From the NCBI GenBank assembly GCA_963810095.1, contig CAWEMM010000009.1, positions 96,001 to 160,000 of the forward strand: a stretch of DNA of 64,000 nt, given 5' to 3'. The translations under genes were made by a program, and so were the position numbers. The stretch's first letter is position 1, and every line of letters begins with the position of its first letter. Source of the stretch: an uncultured Chloroflexia bacterium. Its GTDB lineage: Bacteria; Chloroflexota; Anaerolineae; CG2-30-64-16. Under the pieces are notes generated by a model, which made no database searches, was not told the DNA's origin, and saw only the letters and a list, made by a program, of their open reading frames with translations. Of the stretch, positions 20,633-32,261 are shown in pieces.

Positions 20633-21610
20633 TCAGGTGGATTCTGCCAGTTGAAGAACTTTCTTGGCGGCGTTGCTGTCAATCACCAGCACGTTGACAT
20701 ACTTGCCGCGCAGAGCGCCCAGAATGGCGTCTGCCTTTCCTTCACCGCCTGCCACGCCCAGGCGCACCGGCACGGCCAACAGGTCCGCCCGGCGAATTGA
20801 AACCAACCGATCGGAAAAATCGGTGCAGGCCGGCTGGCCATAGATGTCGAAGTGCAAGCCGCACACGTCGCCGACCGATCCGGACTGTCGCATGTCGTCG
20901 AGCTCGAGTCGGGTAATATAGCCGGCCAGGTAAAAGCTGGAGAACTCGGAGAAGGTCGTGCCAATCCCCAGCAGGGCAATATCGCTTCGCTTGCCGACGC
21001 CAATCGTGTCACGGATTCCCACTGAATTGAGGAGCGACTCGGCAATTTCGGCGGTGTCGCACAGATAAGGTGCGTTGAGGTAGTAGGCCTCGCCCCCCAA
21101 TTTCTCGGTCATGCGCGAGACCAGGTCATGCCCATCGTATTCCATGATCCGGGCGCCCATTGCGCCCACCAACTGCACCACGCTCACCGGGATGGGCTCG
21201 ACCGGTTCGAACGCGTCCACGCTCGCGCTGATCGTCGTGCCCCATGCCAACCCCAAGACCTTGTTGGGCCCCAGGTGGCGCTCGAGCACCTTCGCCCCTG
21301 CGCTGCCCAATGCACGGATTAGCCCTTCACCGCGGCCGTGCCGGGTGGTAATGACGAGCGCGTCCGTGAGCCCGAAGCGCTCCTTGAGCGCGTTGGCAAG
21401 CTCCGGCTCCGACTGCAGCGGGCGGTGAATGCGGATTTCGACGATTCCGCTCTCGCGCGCTTCGGTAAGCATGCGGGAGATCATGGAGCGGGTGACGCCA
21501 ACCGTCTCGGCGATCTCGGATTGGATTCTGCCCTCGAGATAGTACATCTCCGCTACGTCTGCGAGGAGACTTGCGTAATGACGGGCCATCTTCTTGTCCG
21601 TTCTGGTCAT
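20633..21610 (-). CDS. SorC/DeoR (LsrR-like) sugar-binding transcriptional regulator
   Basis: MYYLEGRIQSEIAETVGVTRSMISRML, LAWGTT, GSVGD, ALRGKYVNVLVID. Confidence 0.9.
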   Translation of the reverse strand: MTRTDKKMARHYASLLADVAEMYYLEGRIQSEIAETVGVTRSMISRMLTEARESGIVEIRIHRPLQSEPELANALKERFGLTDALVITTRHGRGEGLIRALGSAGAKVLERHLGPNKVLGLAWGTTISASVDAFEPVEPIPVSVVQLVGAMGARIMEYDGHDLVSRMTEKLGGEAYYLNAPYLCDTAEIAESLLNSVGIRDTIGVGKRSDIALLGIGTTFSEFSSFYLAGYITRLELDDMRQSGSVGDVCGLHFDIYGQPACTDFSDRLVSIRRADLLAVPVRLGVAGGEGKADAILGALRGKYVNVLVIDSNAAKKVLQLAEST

Positions 21611-22758
21611 CGGGTATACGTTCCGAGTTCGTGTCCGCACTCGAAGAACGCCAGCATGTTTTCGAGTGGAATGTCGTTGCCGAAATTGTGGGCGGGGGCC
21701 AGAATGTAGCCGCCGTCCGCACCCATTTGGTCGATGCGCAGGCTCACTTCGCGGCGCACGTCCTCGACCGAGCCGTTGTTGAGCACGGTTTTCACGTCGA
21801 CGCCACCCTGAAAAGTGAGATCGCGGCCGAAGTCCCGCTTGAGCTCGACCGGGTTCATCCCCGGCAGGTGGCCCTCGATCGGGTTCAGGATTTCGAAGCC
21901 AGTATCGATCAGGTCGGGTATGAACTTGCGGATCGCGCCGTCGTTGTGCATTAGCACCTTGGCCTGGGGCGCCTTCCGCTTGATCAACTCGATGGTCTTC
22001 CGGTACCGCGGCTTGAAGAACCGGGTGTAAATCTTTGGGTTGAACATCGGGCCGACGTTGGTGCCGTAGTCGTCCGCGATCTCGACAACGTGCACGTAGG
22101 GGCCTACCACGCTGAGGAACGCATCGTAGAACCCGTCCAGCACTTCCGCCAGCTTGCCCAGGAGATAATCGAAGACGTGGGTGTCGGTAATCGTCAGGAG
22201 CAGCGCGTTCTCCATCCCAACCAGCGCACGCGTCATCTCCCACAGATTCCCGTACACGGGCCGGTGTGCGACAATGGCATAGTCGGTTTGATGATACAGA
22301 AACTCGATTTCTTCGCGGACCCCCGCCAGGCGGGCCGGGTCGTACGGATCCGGCCATTTATACTTCTCGATCCCTGAGGTCGTCAAATCCGCAGCCAGTG
22401 GCGCGCCGTGCAGGTCATAGTACCCTGACACAAGCCGGTGACAGATGCCCCATTCGTCCACGAATTCCCTGAACTCCCCGCTCAAAGCGTTGGCGACGTA
22501 GCTGTCGGGGGGGCGGATGTGGATGAACCGGAAGTCGGTGCCGAGCCTGTCGAGGATGGGGTTGTAGTCGGGCGTCGTGTAATAGCCGACCAGGGTCCGC
22601 CGCGGCACATCCTGCACGCTAAAATGATCGCGCAGCAACGCGTAGCGCTGCTCGGTCAGGTGGTTAGCCGACCCGCCCAGCGTGATCGGAACCCGGTCGG
22701 GTTCCTTGTGGTTCAGCGCGGTGATGACCCGTTCGCGCGGGGTCATGGTGACTGGCAT
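21607..22758 (-). CDS. Uroporphyrinogen decarboxylase-family protein
   Basis: MTPRERV...EPDRVP, DEWG, ADDYG, HNDGAI, GGYILAPAHN. Confidence 0.85.
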   Translation of the reverse strand: MPVTMTPRERVITALNHKEPDRVPITLGGSANHLTEQRYALLRDHFSVQDVPRRTLVGYYTTPDYNPILDRLGTDFRFIHIRPPDSYVANALSGEFREFVDEWGICHRLVSGYYDLHGAPLAADLTTSGIEKYKWPDPYDPARLAGVREEIEFLYHQTDYAIVAHRPVYGNLWEMTRALVGMENALLLTITDTHVFDYLLGKLAEVLDGFYDAFLSVVGPYVHVVEIADDYGTNVGPMFNPKIYTRFFKPRYRKTIELIKRKAPQAKVLMHNDGAIRKFIPDLIDTGFEILNPIEGHLPGMNPVELKRDFGRDLTFQGGVDVKTVLNNGSVEDVRREVSLRIDQMGADGGYILAPAHNFGNDIPLENMLAFFECGHELGTYTR

Positions 22759-22774
22759 CGTGGTGCTCCTAAGG

Positions 22775-22872
22775 TACGGCTGCAACGAATTGAACGAATA
22801 TCCACGAACTCATTCGAAGACGGATCCCAATTCGTCCAATTTGTCGAATTCGTGAAATTCGTGGCAGCCGTA
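22775..22872. repeat. Palindromic intergenic repeat with ACGAAT/ATTCGT 9-nt subrepeats
   Basis: TACGGCTGCAACGAATT...AATTCGTGGCAGCCGTA arms; AT-rich relative to flanks. Confidence 0.75.
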
Positions 22873-22878
22873 GATCGT

Positions 22879-24421
22879 TTATCCTGCCTGGATAGCCGCC
22901 AAGCGATCATAAGCGCCGCTCGCGGCCAGCCCTTCGTAGGCGCAGACGAACGCGCGATACATCTCTTCGTAGACCGCGTGGTGCTTCATGTTGGGCTCCA
23001 CGCGTGCCTTCACCTTCACCATTTGATCGACCGCCTCGGGCACGCTCTTGAATAGCCCCGCGCCGACGCCCGCCAGAATGGCAGCACCCAGGACAGCGGT
23101 CTCGCTCGTCACCAGCGTCTCGACGGGCCGGCCATAGACGTCCGCCTGAATCTGGTTCCAGAGCGTCGACTTCGTCGCTCCGCCGCCAAGACGCAGCGCG
23201 CTGATCTCCACGCCGGCCTTGAACCAACCCTCCAGCATGTCGCGCACCTCGAGCGCTACGCCTTCCATGATCGCCCGGGTCATCTCGGCGCGGCCGTGGG
23301 TGAACGCCATGCCGATGAAGGCCGCCCGGGCATTGGGGTTCCAACGGGGGGTGGCCGCGCTGCCCAGGTAAGGCATGAACAGCAGCCCCTTGCTCCCGGG
23401 CTCTGCGGCCGAGGCGAGTTCGTTGAGCGCGTCGTACGCGCTGCGCCCGCCCGCGCCTTCCCCGTTTTTCTCGGCCGTCCCGACGACGTCCCGGAACCAG
23501 CGGTACGCGCCCGCGGCCGCGTTCGACAGGGCTTCCATCTCCCACATGCCGGGTGCCGCATGGTTCGTCACCATCATGCCGCCGAAGCCGGGGATACGCC
23601 GGTCGAGCGACACCATGACCAGGCCGCCGGTGCCCAGCGACGCGGTTGCGATGCCGCTCCGGGCCGCGCCCATCCCCACCGCGGCGCAGTTCTGGTCGCC
23701 CGCACCTACGCAGATGGCGGTGCCCCACCGCGAAGCCGGTCTTCTCGGCCACGCTCTTGCTGATTTCGCCCACCTGCGTCCCGCAGGCGACCGGCGTCCC
23801 GAACAGCTCAGGGGCGACGTCGAACAGGTTGCAGAGCTCCGTGCTCCACGCCAGATTGCCCACGTCCCAGACGCCATAGAACGCCATGTCGCCCATATCG
23901 GTGTAGAAACCGTCGGCGCCAAAGGCATGGAGCGTGGCGTCCTGCAGCTGGACAAACTTGTGCGTCTTCTTGTAAAGTTCCGGCTCGTTCTTGCGCATCC
24001 AGAGCATCTTCGTGATGTTCCAGGTCGTGCCCAATGGCATGCCGGAGATCTGGTAATACGCCTCGGGGTCGATCAACCGGGCCATGTCGGCCACTTCGGC
24101 GCCGGTCCGTGAGTCCTGCCAGGAGAGGGCGAGTCGAACCTTGCGGCCGTCTTCGTAGACCGGCACGGTGACCGAGCGCTGCGTGGAAAAGCCGACCGCC
24201 ACAACCTGCTCGGGCCGGAGGCCTGACCTGGCGATCGTCGCGCGGCACACGTCCATCGCGACCGCAATCATCTCGTCCGCGTCTTGCTCGACCCAGCCGG
24301 GCTTGAGATAGATCGCGCCATATTCGCAGTATTCACTGGCGACGATGGCGCCGTTCAGATCCAGCAATGCACAGCGTGCGCCCGTGGTCCCGACGTCAAC
24401 GCTCGCAATGTATTGGCTCAT
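22879..24421 (-). CDS. FGGY-family carbohydrate kinase (frameshift near 23725)
   Basis: DVGTTG, GWVEQD, WQDSR in ORF 22907..24421; GAGDQNCA, GGGATKS..WNQIQADV in ORF 22879..23955. Confidence 0.88.
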
Positions 24422-24451
24422 GCTCAGTCTCCTTGGCGAGTGAAAGCAGCT

Positions 24452-25471
24452 TCATCCGGCCCGCGGTGCGACGCTCGACGCACGCGAGAAACGGGCCACT
24501 TTCCAGCGGGTGCGCATGTAGGGAACGGCGAACGTAATCAGGACTGCGACGAGCAGGACAATCCCCGTCGCCACCTGCTGGTAGAACGCGTTGACGCCCA
24601 TCATGTTCATGCCGTTCGTCAGCAGGGCCAGGATGATCGTGCCGAGCAACATCCCCGTGATCGTGCCATCGCCCCCTTTGATGCTTACCCCACCCAGGAT
24701 ACAGCCCGCGATCACGGCAAACTCCATGCCGGTGCCGATGTTCGGATCGCCCGAGCCGATACGAGACACCTGCCAGACGCCCGAGAACGCGGCCATCGCG
24801 CCGGTGAGGAAGTAGAAGATCAGGCGCATGCGTGGGACGCTGATACCTGAAAGCCGGGCCGCATTTTCGTTGCCGCCCAGCGAGATCGCATACTTGCCGA
24901 GCACGGTCCGCTTTTCAAGGAACAGGAACGCGCCGACGACTGCGATCATGATAAACAGCGCCAGCGGGACGGTCTTGTTGAAGAACATGGTACTGTTGAT
25001 CTCGAAGATCGGCTTCATGCCGGGTGCGCGGACGGGGATCGAACTACACAAGATGAACGCGAGCCCGCTGCAGATGATCCAGGTCGCCATGGTCGCCATG
25101 ATGGCGGGCAGCTTCAGCGCCGCGACGATAAAGGTGTTGATGGCGCCGAGGACCAGGCCCAGGACGATGACCATGAGCAGCGCGATCCAGACGTTTACGC
25201 CGCCGCGCACGAAAATCGCGAAGGACACCGCGCTGAGTGCCATCATGCCGCCGACCGACAGATCGATGGCGCCGCTGTTAATCACGAACGTCATCGCGCA
25301 CCCCATCAACACCACCGGCAAGATCTGCCGGGCCACGTTGACGAAGTTGCGGACGGCGAAGAAGCGCGGGTTCATCCAGGAGAAAAAGACGACCAACAGG
25401 ATCAGTATTGTCAGCAGGATCAGGTTGTTGATCGTCCTGCGGTTGAGGCGGATTGAACCGGATGCTTTCAT
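24452..25471 (-). CDS. Sugar ABC transporter permease
   Basis: GAIDLSVG, GGNENAARLSGI, EFAVIAGCILGG. Confidence 0.9.
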   Translation of the reverse strand: MKASGSIRLNRRTINNLILLTILILLVVFFSWMNPRFFAVRNFVNVARQILPVVLMGCAMTFVINSGAIDLSVGGMMALSAVSFAIFVRGGVNVWIALLMVIVLGLVLGAINTFIVAALKLPAIMATMATWIICSGLAFILCSSIPVRAPGMKPIFEINSTMFFNKTVPLALFIMIAVVGAFLFLEKRTVLGKYAISLGGNENAARLSGISVPRMRLIFYFLTGAMAAFSGVWQVSRIGSGDPNIGTGMEFAVIAGCILGGVSIKGGDGTITGMLLGTIILALLTNGMNMMGVNAFYQQVATGIVLLVAVLITFAVPYMRTRWKVARFSRASSVAPRAG

Positions 25472-25501
25472 GTCGCTGCCTCGTGAAAGTTGAATCGCCG
25501 T

Positions 25502-26494
25502 TCAGGCGGCCTTGAAGGCCCGGCGGATCGCACTGTTGAAGACGATGGCCAGGATCAGCACCACGCCCTTGATCACGTACTGGTAATACAGCACCAGTCC
25601 CATCATGTTGAGCACGTTGGACAGCACGCCAACGATGAGCGCGCCGATCAACGTCCCGAAGACTGTGCCTCGCCCGCCGTTAATGTCGGTGCCGCCCAGG
25701 ACGGCCGCGATGACACAGTCCACCTCGAAGCCCGGCAGGATCTTGCAGTCGGCTTGGCCGAAGCGGGCCGTCATCACGACGCCGGCAAACGCGGCCACGA
25801 CGCCTGTCAGCGTGAAGATGCTGGTCACGACTTTGAAGATGCTGATGCCCGAGAGCTCGGCGGCCTTGATGTTCGCGCCGATCGTGTATGCCTTACGCGC
25901 CATCACCGTCCGGTTCTGAAACACGAGGAAGAAAGCGAAGATGATCAGCGCATAGACCAGCGGCAGCGGCAGCGGACCGAGGAAACCCTGCCCCATGTTG
26001 CCGAAGTTACCCGGCAGGCCCGCCGTGATCACCGCACCTTCGGCCAGGATGAACGCGATGCCACGGGCGATGTACATGGTCGCCATGGTGATGATAAAGG
26101 ACGGCAGGCGAAGTGCCGAGACGATCGCGCCGTTGGTAACCCCGATGAACGCGCCTGCCAGGATCGCGACGATGCCCGCGGGCACCAGACCCATGCCGTC
26201 GCGCACGAGCCAGGCGTACATCACGCCGGCCATGGCGCCCACGCCACCGACCGAAAGATCGAGATTCCCGGAGATGAGCACCATCGTCACGGCCGAGCCC
26301 ACCATGATCACGCTCGACACCTGCATTAGCACGTTAGAGAAGTTCTGTAGGCTGAGGAACTTGGGCTCGACGAGCGCGACGATCACGCACATGAGCAGAA
26401 AGATCGCCAGGACCGCGAGGTTTTGAAATGCGTCCGCGCTCAGCTTGAAAATCGCGTTCCGCCCGCGAGCGGTGCTGTCAGTCAACGTGCTCAT
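25502..26494 (-). CDS. Sugar ABC transporter permease
   Basis: GNLDLSVG, GANIKAAELSGI, VIAAVLGGT. Confidence 0.9.
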   Translation of the reverse strand: MSTLTDSTARGRNAIFKLSADAFQNLAVLAIFLLMCVIVALVEPKFLSLQNFSNVLMQVSSVIMVGSAVTMVLISGNLDLSVGGVGAMAGVMYAWLVRDGMGLVPAGIVAILAGAFIGVTNGAIVSALRLPSFIITMATMYIARGIAFILAEGAVITAGLPGNFGNMGQGFLGPLPLPLVYALIIFAFFLVFQNRTVMARKAYTIGANIKAAELSGISIFKVVTSIFTLTGVVAAFAGVVMTARFGQADCKILPGFEVDCVIAAVLGGTDINGGRGTVFGTLIGALIVGVLSNVLNMMGLVLYYQYVIKGVVLILAIVFNSAIRRAFKAA

Positions 26495-27984
26495 AGATTC
26501 CGCCTCCGGTGACGATGTGAAGCACGTCCTGCGAGTTCACATGGCCGTCGTTCTCGATCATGGCTTTCAGAGCCCCGTCATACAGCAGGCCGATCCTGTC
26601 GCACAGGCCAAGGACCTCCGGCAGCTCGCTGGAGAACACGATCACCGAGTTCCCCTGCCGTGCGAGCTGGCGAATGATGGCAAAGATCTCCTGTTTGGCC
26701 CCGACGTCGACGCCGCGTGTCGGCTCGTCGAGGAGGAGGACCCCCGCCTCCGAGTTCAGACATTTAGCCAGCACCACCTTCTGCTGGTTGCCGCCGCTCA
26801 GAAACGCCGTGACCTGGTTCTCGCCCAGGCAGGCGATCGATAGCTTCTTAATGAAGTCCCGCGTCAGCGCGCCCTGCCTGGCGGCGCTCACGAAACCCCG
26901 GGCCGAGATGGGCCGGTAGTTCATCATCGGCACATTGGCCGAAATTGGCAGGGTCGTGCACAGGCCCTGCGTCCGCCGTTCTTCCGGCACCAGCGCGACG
27001 CCGTTGCGAATCGCCATGCCGGGGCTATTGATCATCTTGGGGTTTTGAAAGACGCGGATGGTGCCTTCGGCACGGTCCGCACCGAAGAGCGCCCGGGCGA
27101 TCTCAGTCTTGCCCGCGCCAATGAGGCCGTAGAGGCCGAGGATTTCGCCCTTGTACAGCGTGAATGAAACGTCCCGGAGCTTATTGTTGGTGAGGCCGAC
27201 AACCTCTACCACCGGCTGACTGCGATCGACGTCGCCGGGCACGTAATCTTCCATGATGACCTTGCCGATCATCATCTTGATCAGCTCTTTGCGCGATGCG
27301 ATTTCGCTGCGGGGCTTGGTGCCCGACCATCTTGCCGTCGCGCAGCACAGTGACATAATCTCCAATCTCGAAGATTTCGTCGAGACGATGGGAGATATAA
27401 ATGACGGTGACCCCTTGCTGCTTCAGGTCGGCAATGATCTCGAACAGGCGGCGCACTTCCTCAGACGACAGGGCCGCAGTCGGCTCATCCATGATAATGA
27501 CGTCCGAGTCCATGGCGAGCGCCTTGGCGATCTCGACCACCTGGCGCTTGGCGACGCTCAGGTCCTCGATGTAGCTTTTCGGGTCGATGGTGCTGTCGAT
27601 CCGGCTGAGGATCTGAAAAACTTTCGAGTCGCGCCGGATTGGCTTGAGTACGCCCAAACGGGTCTCCTCAATGCCGAGGCAAATGTTTTCTTCAACCCGC
27701 AGTTGCTCGACGACGTTCAGTTCCTGGAACAGGCAGCCGATGCCCGCCCGCATCGCGTCGCGGGTGGAAGCCGGGCTGAAGTCCTTGCCGTTGTAGATCA
27801 CCGAACCCGACGACTTCTGGTGCGCGCCCGTCAGGATCTTGATCAGTGTCGATTTTCCGGCGCCGTTTTCGCCAATCAGGCAGTGACAGGTGCCTCTCTT
27901 GATCTCGAAGCTCACATCGTCCAGCGCCTTGACGCCGGCGAAGTGCTTGGAGATATTGCGGATTTCGAAGACGTTCTCGTCCAA
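26478..27984 (-). CDS. Sugar ABC transporter ATP-binding protein (frameshift near 27320)
   Basis: GENGAGKST and DEPT in ORF 27181..28116; LSGGNQQK and DEPTRGVDVG in ORF 26478..27365. Confidence 0.88.
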
Positions 27985-28028
27985 AGTAAGTACCCTCGCT
28001 CTATAGGGTGAGCCAAACGTCGCAATCC

Positions 28029-28075
28029 GGTGTGGAAAGCCGCAGCGCGAGAGGAAAGCTGCGGCTTTCCACACC
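28029..28075. repeat. Perfect 18-bp inverted repeat downstream of SBP gene (mRNA stabiliser/REP-like)
   Basis: GGTGTGGAAAGCCGCAGC / GCTGCGGCTTTCCACACC. Confidence 0.75.
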
Positions 28076-28115
28076 CTGGCCTGAGGGCGATCGCCCCCAG
28101 GCCTTCGGCCAGGCA

Positions 28116-29303
28116 CTAGCCTTGCTTCTTCTTGGCCAGTTCCTTGGCGAGGTCGATGCTGCCGAAGTACTGGGTGTTGAACCAGTCCTGCATCTGCTGC
28201 ATCGTGTCCTTGTAATAGTTGAAATACACGTCCTGCGAGATGACTTCGCTGTACTTGTCCGGGTCGATCTTGCCGTTGATGACGTCCATCATGGTGTCGA
28301 TCTGGGCGTAGGCGAAGGTCTGCGGCTGCATGCCCATGGTGTACTTGAGCGACGAAGTGGGGTCGACCAGCTTGATCAGCTCGGGCGCATCGCCGTCGGT
28401 GCCGGCGAAGATTTCGGTCAACGGCACGCCGTCCTTAGCCTTACCGCGGCCGGCCGCTTCGTAGGCGGACAGGGCGCCGAGGGCGTTGGGGGTGTTGGTG
28501 CCGTAGATGATGTTCACTTCGGGGTACTTCTGCAGCACGTCCTGGCCGATGGCCTGGGCCTTGGACAGGTCGCCCTCGGCGCCGAGCCAGAAGGTGGCGC
28601 CTTCAAGGGTTTCGCCCCGCTGTTCTTGATGTTGGTGACGAGGCCGGTCACGCTGGGATCAACTTCCTTGACGCCCTTGAGGAACGGGCCGGAGCGCTGA
28701 TCGAAGCAGTATGCGACCGAGAGGAAGTCGATGAACCCGACCTTGATCGGCTTGTCGGGGTACAGTTCCTTCCACTGCTTGGCCATATCGGTGCCCATCT
28801 GCTTGGCGATCCCTTCTTCCTTGACTTTGACCATCGGGATCTTCTCTTCGGTGGGCGCCATGAAGTAGGCCAGCACAGGGATGCCCGCCGCGCGAGCTTC
28901 CTTGACGACTTCGTTCACGCCAGATTCCTGCACGGGGTGCAAGATGATGCCGTCGACGCCCTTGGCGATGAAGTCCTCGACTGCCTTGATTTCCTTCTGG
29001 AGATCGCCGGCGGGATCGATGACTTCGTACTTCGCGCCGTACTTTTCCTTGGCGTACTTCTCGGCCCACTTCGCGTCATTGCCGTGCACGGCATGGCTCA
29101 GCGTGATCGGCACCTTGCCGATGTAGATCTGCTTTGCGGCGGCCGCGGGGCGGCGGTGGCAGCGGCTGCAGCCGGAGCCTTGGTGGGTCGGGCGCGGCAG
29201 CCGGGGCGGGCGCCTGCGTTGGGCTGCAGGCGACGAACAGTGTCGCAATGACGACGAGCGTCATCACGAGCACTACGACCTTGCTGGAGCTCTTCATGTT
29301 CAT
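28116..29303 (-). CDS. Sugar ABC transporter substrate-binding lipoprotein (split by at least 2 frameshifts)
   Basis: Lipobox LFVAC in ORF 29076..29360; VEDFIAKGVDGIIL in 28514..29248; LQKYPEVNIIYG in 28116..28538. Confidence 0.82.
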
Positions 29304-29436
29304 ACTCCTTGACTGGTTGAGATGAGCTTTGCCGTTGGAGCGATCGGAGAGCGTTCTCACTTACTCCTCCTAGCAAGTTGGTCCGCACCATGATCGTGGG
29401 CTGAGCTGACAGTCTCGCTTGGTGCCTCATGTCCGG

Positions 29437-30812
29437 TCATCGCTCCGCCAATCCCTGGCGGGCGGAACCAGACACCATCGCACCTTCTCGTGCTTGCCTA
29501 CTTACCTCCTTCCGATGCAAGGGGAGGGCAGCGCGGTCCAGACGGTCGAGCAGCCCCACTTTCTCTTTCGATAGGTAGAAGCCGGTCTGGTCGCCCACCT
29601 GAAGGTATTCGCTGCCGGCATCCCGCTCGAGCAGGCGCACTTCCGAGGTCTTGCCGTCGACATAGGTTGTCTTGAGCTTAAGCGTCTCGGTCCCGGTTTC
29701 GGTGCCGGGTCGAAGCCATCGGCGGCAAGGCCGATGTACTTGACAAAGAAGGACACGAAGTCCTCGTACCCCACAGGTCTTCCGTTGGCCGTAATCGCCG
29801 GCGGATTGGCCGTGTGGTCGAGTTCGAACGTCACGGACCGCTCGGCCCCCGTCAACTCGATGGCAGCCACCTTGTCGATCGTCGTTTGCAAGGGCTGGTA
29901 AAACACCAGGTCTGCGGGAGCGATGTGCGAGAAGTCGACATCGACGGCGAAGATCCCCGCTACGTCCTCCAGGCTGCCCGTTCGGACGAACTTAAGGCCA
30001 TCCGATTCCGCTCCGATTTCGATCCGCTGCCTCTGTCCTTTCGCGTCGACGACTTCCAGCGCCTGGTGCGGACTTTCCAGTCCCAGGCCCTTGTAGTCCA
30101 CTTGCGCAGCGGGAGGGTACATGATGGCCGACCACTTTCGCAGCCCAATCAGAAACTCGTTGATTTCGATTTCCCTGGCGGGCGACTGGTAAGGGTAGGT
30201 AAGCTGCCAGTCTTGCCCGGCGGGGCGCTGAGCCGTGACTTGTTTCTGGCCGTCCACGAAGTAGCTGAATTCCACGATGTTGTTTTTGTCCACCGCGAAA
30301 ATGTTCTTGTCCCGGTAGGCATCCAGGCTCCCGTCAAACTGGGTGACCGAGCCGAGATCGCTGACGAACACTTTGCCGCTATCCCTGTCCTGCAGGTAAA
30401 CCTGGGCCTTGCTGGCCGTCAGGTTGCCGATGCGCAGGGCCTTGTTGATGCCGCTGGTGGTCGTTATTTCGATGGTCGCTTGCGGATCGGCAAACCCGTA
30501 CTCAGGCGCAGCTTCCTGCAGTTGACGCTTAACGGGCAGCGCCAGCAGGAAATCCTCCATGATGCGAGCCTTTTGCTGGCTCGCCCGGTAGTGGCCCGGG
30601 TTGACGATAGTCCAGTTGCCGCCTTCGTTCCTTCCGAACGTCACGCTTCCAGCCTGGTTCGTGATCGCGATTTCCTGCAACCGGTCGCCGCTCGGGAAAG
30701 TGTAGAGGTAGCCCGTCGCCGCCGGATCGGTGTCCCGTGACAGGTAGAAGTACACTCCGCCCAGCACCGCGGCGACGAGCGCCAGTAAGGCCAGCTTGAT
30801 GCCGGTCCTCAC
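29437..30812 (-). CDS. DUF4340-like membrane-anchored protein (frameshift near 29690)
   Basis: GTG start VRTGIKL + TM helix; two repeats of W-x-L/I-x-x-P...YGF/LGL..P typical of DUF4340; 3' end approximate. Confidence 0.7.
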
Positions 30813-32261
30813 TGATTCCTCCGCAGCCACCAGATCAGCCCCGCGCCTGCGAACGCAATCAGCGGCAGCACGACCAGGCTCACCACCGCGAGCTTGATGA
30901 AGTCCGCGCCGCGGACGATTAGCTTTTCGGCGCCGATCACGCGCGGGAGATAGTCTCCTCGCCGCGTCCCCCAGCAGCCAGCGCACTGCGCTGAGGAAGA
31001 AGTCGCGGTTCGCGTCGTTGTCGAGGTTTTCGTTGTATATGAAGGTCGAGTTGCCGATCGCCACGACCCGACCGTCGCCTGACGCGGCCTCTTTCGCCTG
31101 TCGGGAGATGGCGTATGCGAGCGGAATTGGCCCGGCAACATCCTGGCCCGTCTGCGTTTGCGACTTGATCGTCAAATCGGTGCGCATCCAGGCGTTGGGC
31201 GAAGAGGCCAGGAGCGGCTCCTTGGTAATCGTTGCTGGATCGACGTCTTTTTCGAGGAGCCCCATGGCGATGGGGAGCACCACGTACTTCTTCGCTTCGG
31301 CCAGCGCCCGGGTGATCGTGTGATAGGCGTAGCCCGGGATCAGGTAGAGCTTATTGTTCGTGACGTGTGAATACTGATCTTCCTCGACGACGAGGTTGTT
31401 GGCGATGTCGAGTCCGTACTGGTTCAGCAGCTTGTTAAAGTTGCCCAACACCATCTCGTTGGTGTTCATTGGGCTGACCAGGAACATCGCCTTGCCGCCG
31501 TTTGCCAGGTACTCATCCAGGGCCTGGTATTCGGCTTCGGAGAGGTCGCTGCGGGGCGACGCGATGATCACCATGGACGCGTCCTGCGGCACGCTGCCCG
31601 CCTTCACGAGGGACAGCGGCTGCGCGTCGTAGACGGCCAACTCCAGGGCGTCCTGGACCTTGGATAGGTCCGCGGTCAGCGACGCCTCGCCATGGCCTTC
31701 GAGGAAATAGACCCGGGGCAAGGCCGCGGCCGTCACATAGCGAATCGCGCCGGTGATCTGGCGTTCGCCCCAGAAGACCTTGCCCTCTTGTGTGTCCTGG
31801 AACATGTCGGCCTGGTAGACGAACTTTGTCTCGCCGCCCGGCACCGTGCCGCCCGAGCGCACGATGATGGTGCCGTTGTTCAACGCGGCGACGCCGATGT
31901 TCTCGGCCGCCAGGCGGCCCGGCTCGCGTTCCGCATCGATGTACTTGACCTGGACGTTCGGCGAGCCCTTGGCATATTCGTTCAGCAGCGATTCCACCAT
32001 GGGATCCACGCCGTCGCGCGGGTAGATGGCGATGATCTCGAGCGGCTCGGCGAGGCCGGCGAGGGTCTGCCGTGACTGCTCAGAGAGCGTAAAGACTTTC
32101 CCGGCCGTCATGTCAAACGCCCAGGGCACGCGGAACGCGATCAGTGTGGCGAGGGCTGCGATCGCGACGACCAGCACCACGACAATGAGCGAGGTCAGCA
32201 CGAAGCGTCGCTTCTGGGCCGGCACTGCGCCGGGGTTAACTGTCTTCACGTCTTTGGTCAT
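30809..32261 (-). CDS. GldG-like ABC auxiliary protein (frameshift near 30955)
   Basis: FDMTAGKVFTLSEQS, VYFLEGHGE, YLANGGK, NRDFFLSAVRWL; C-terminal TM in ORF 30809..31141. Confidence 0.8.

Noticed and set aside
22775-22872. Short repeats as a CRISPR array
   Set aside because: Units are 9 nt and inverted, with no spacers and no cas genes
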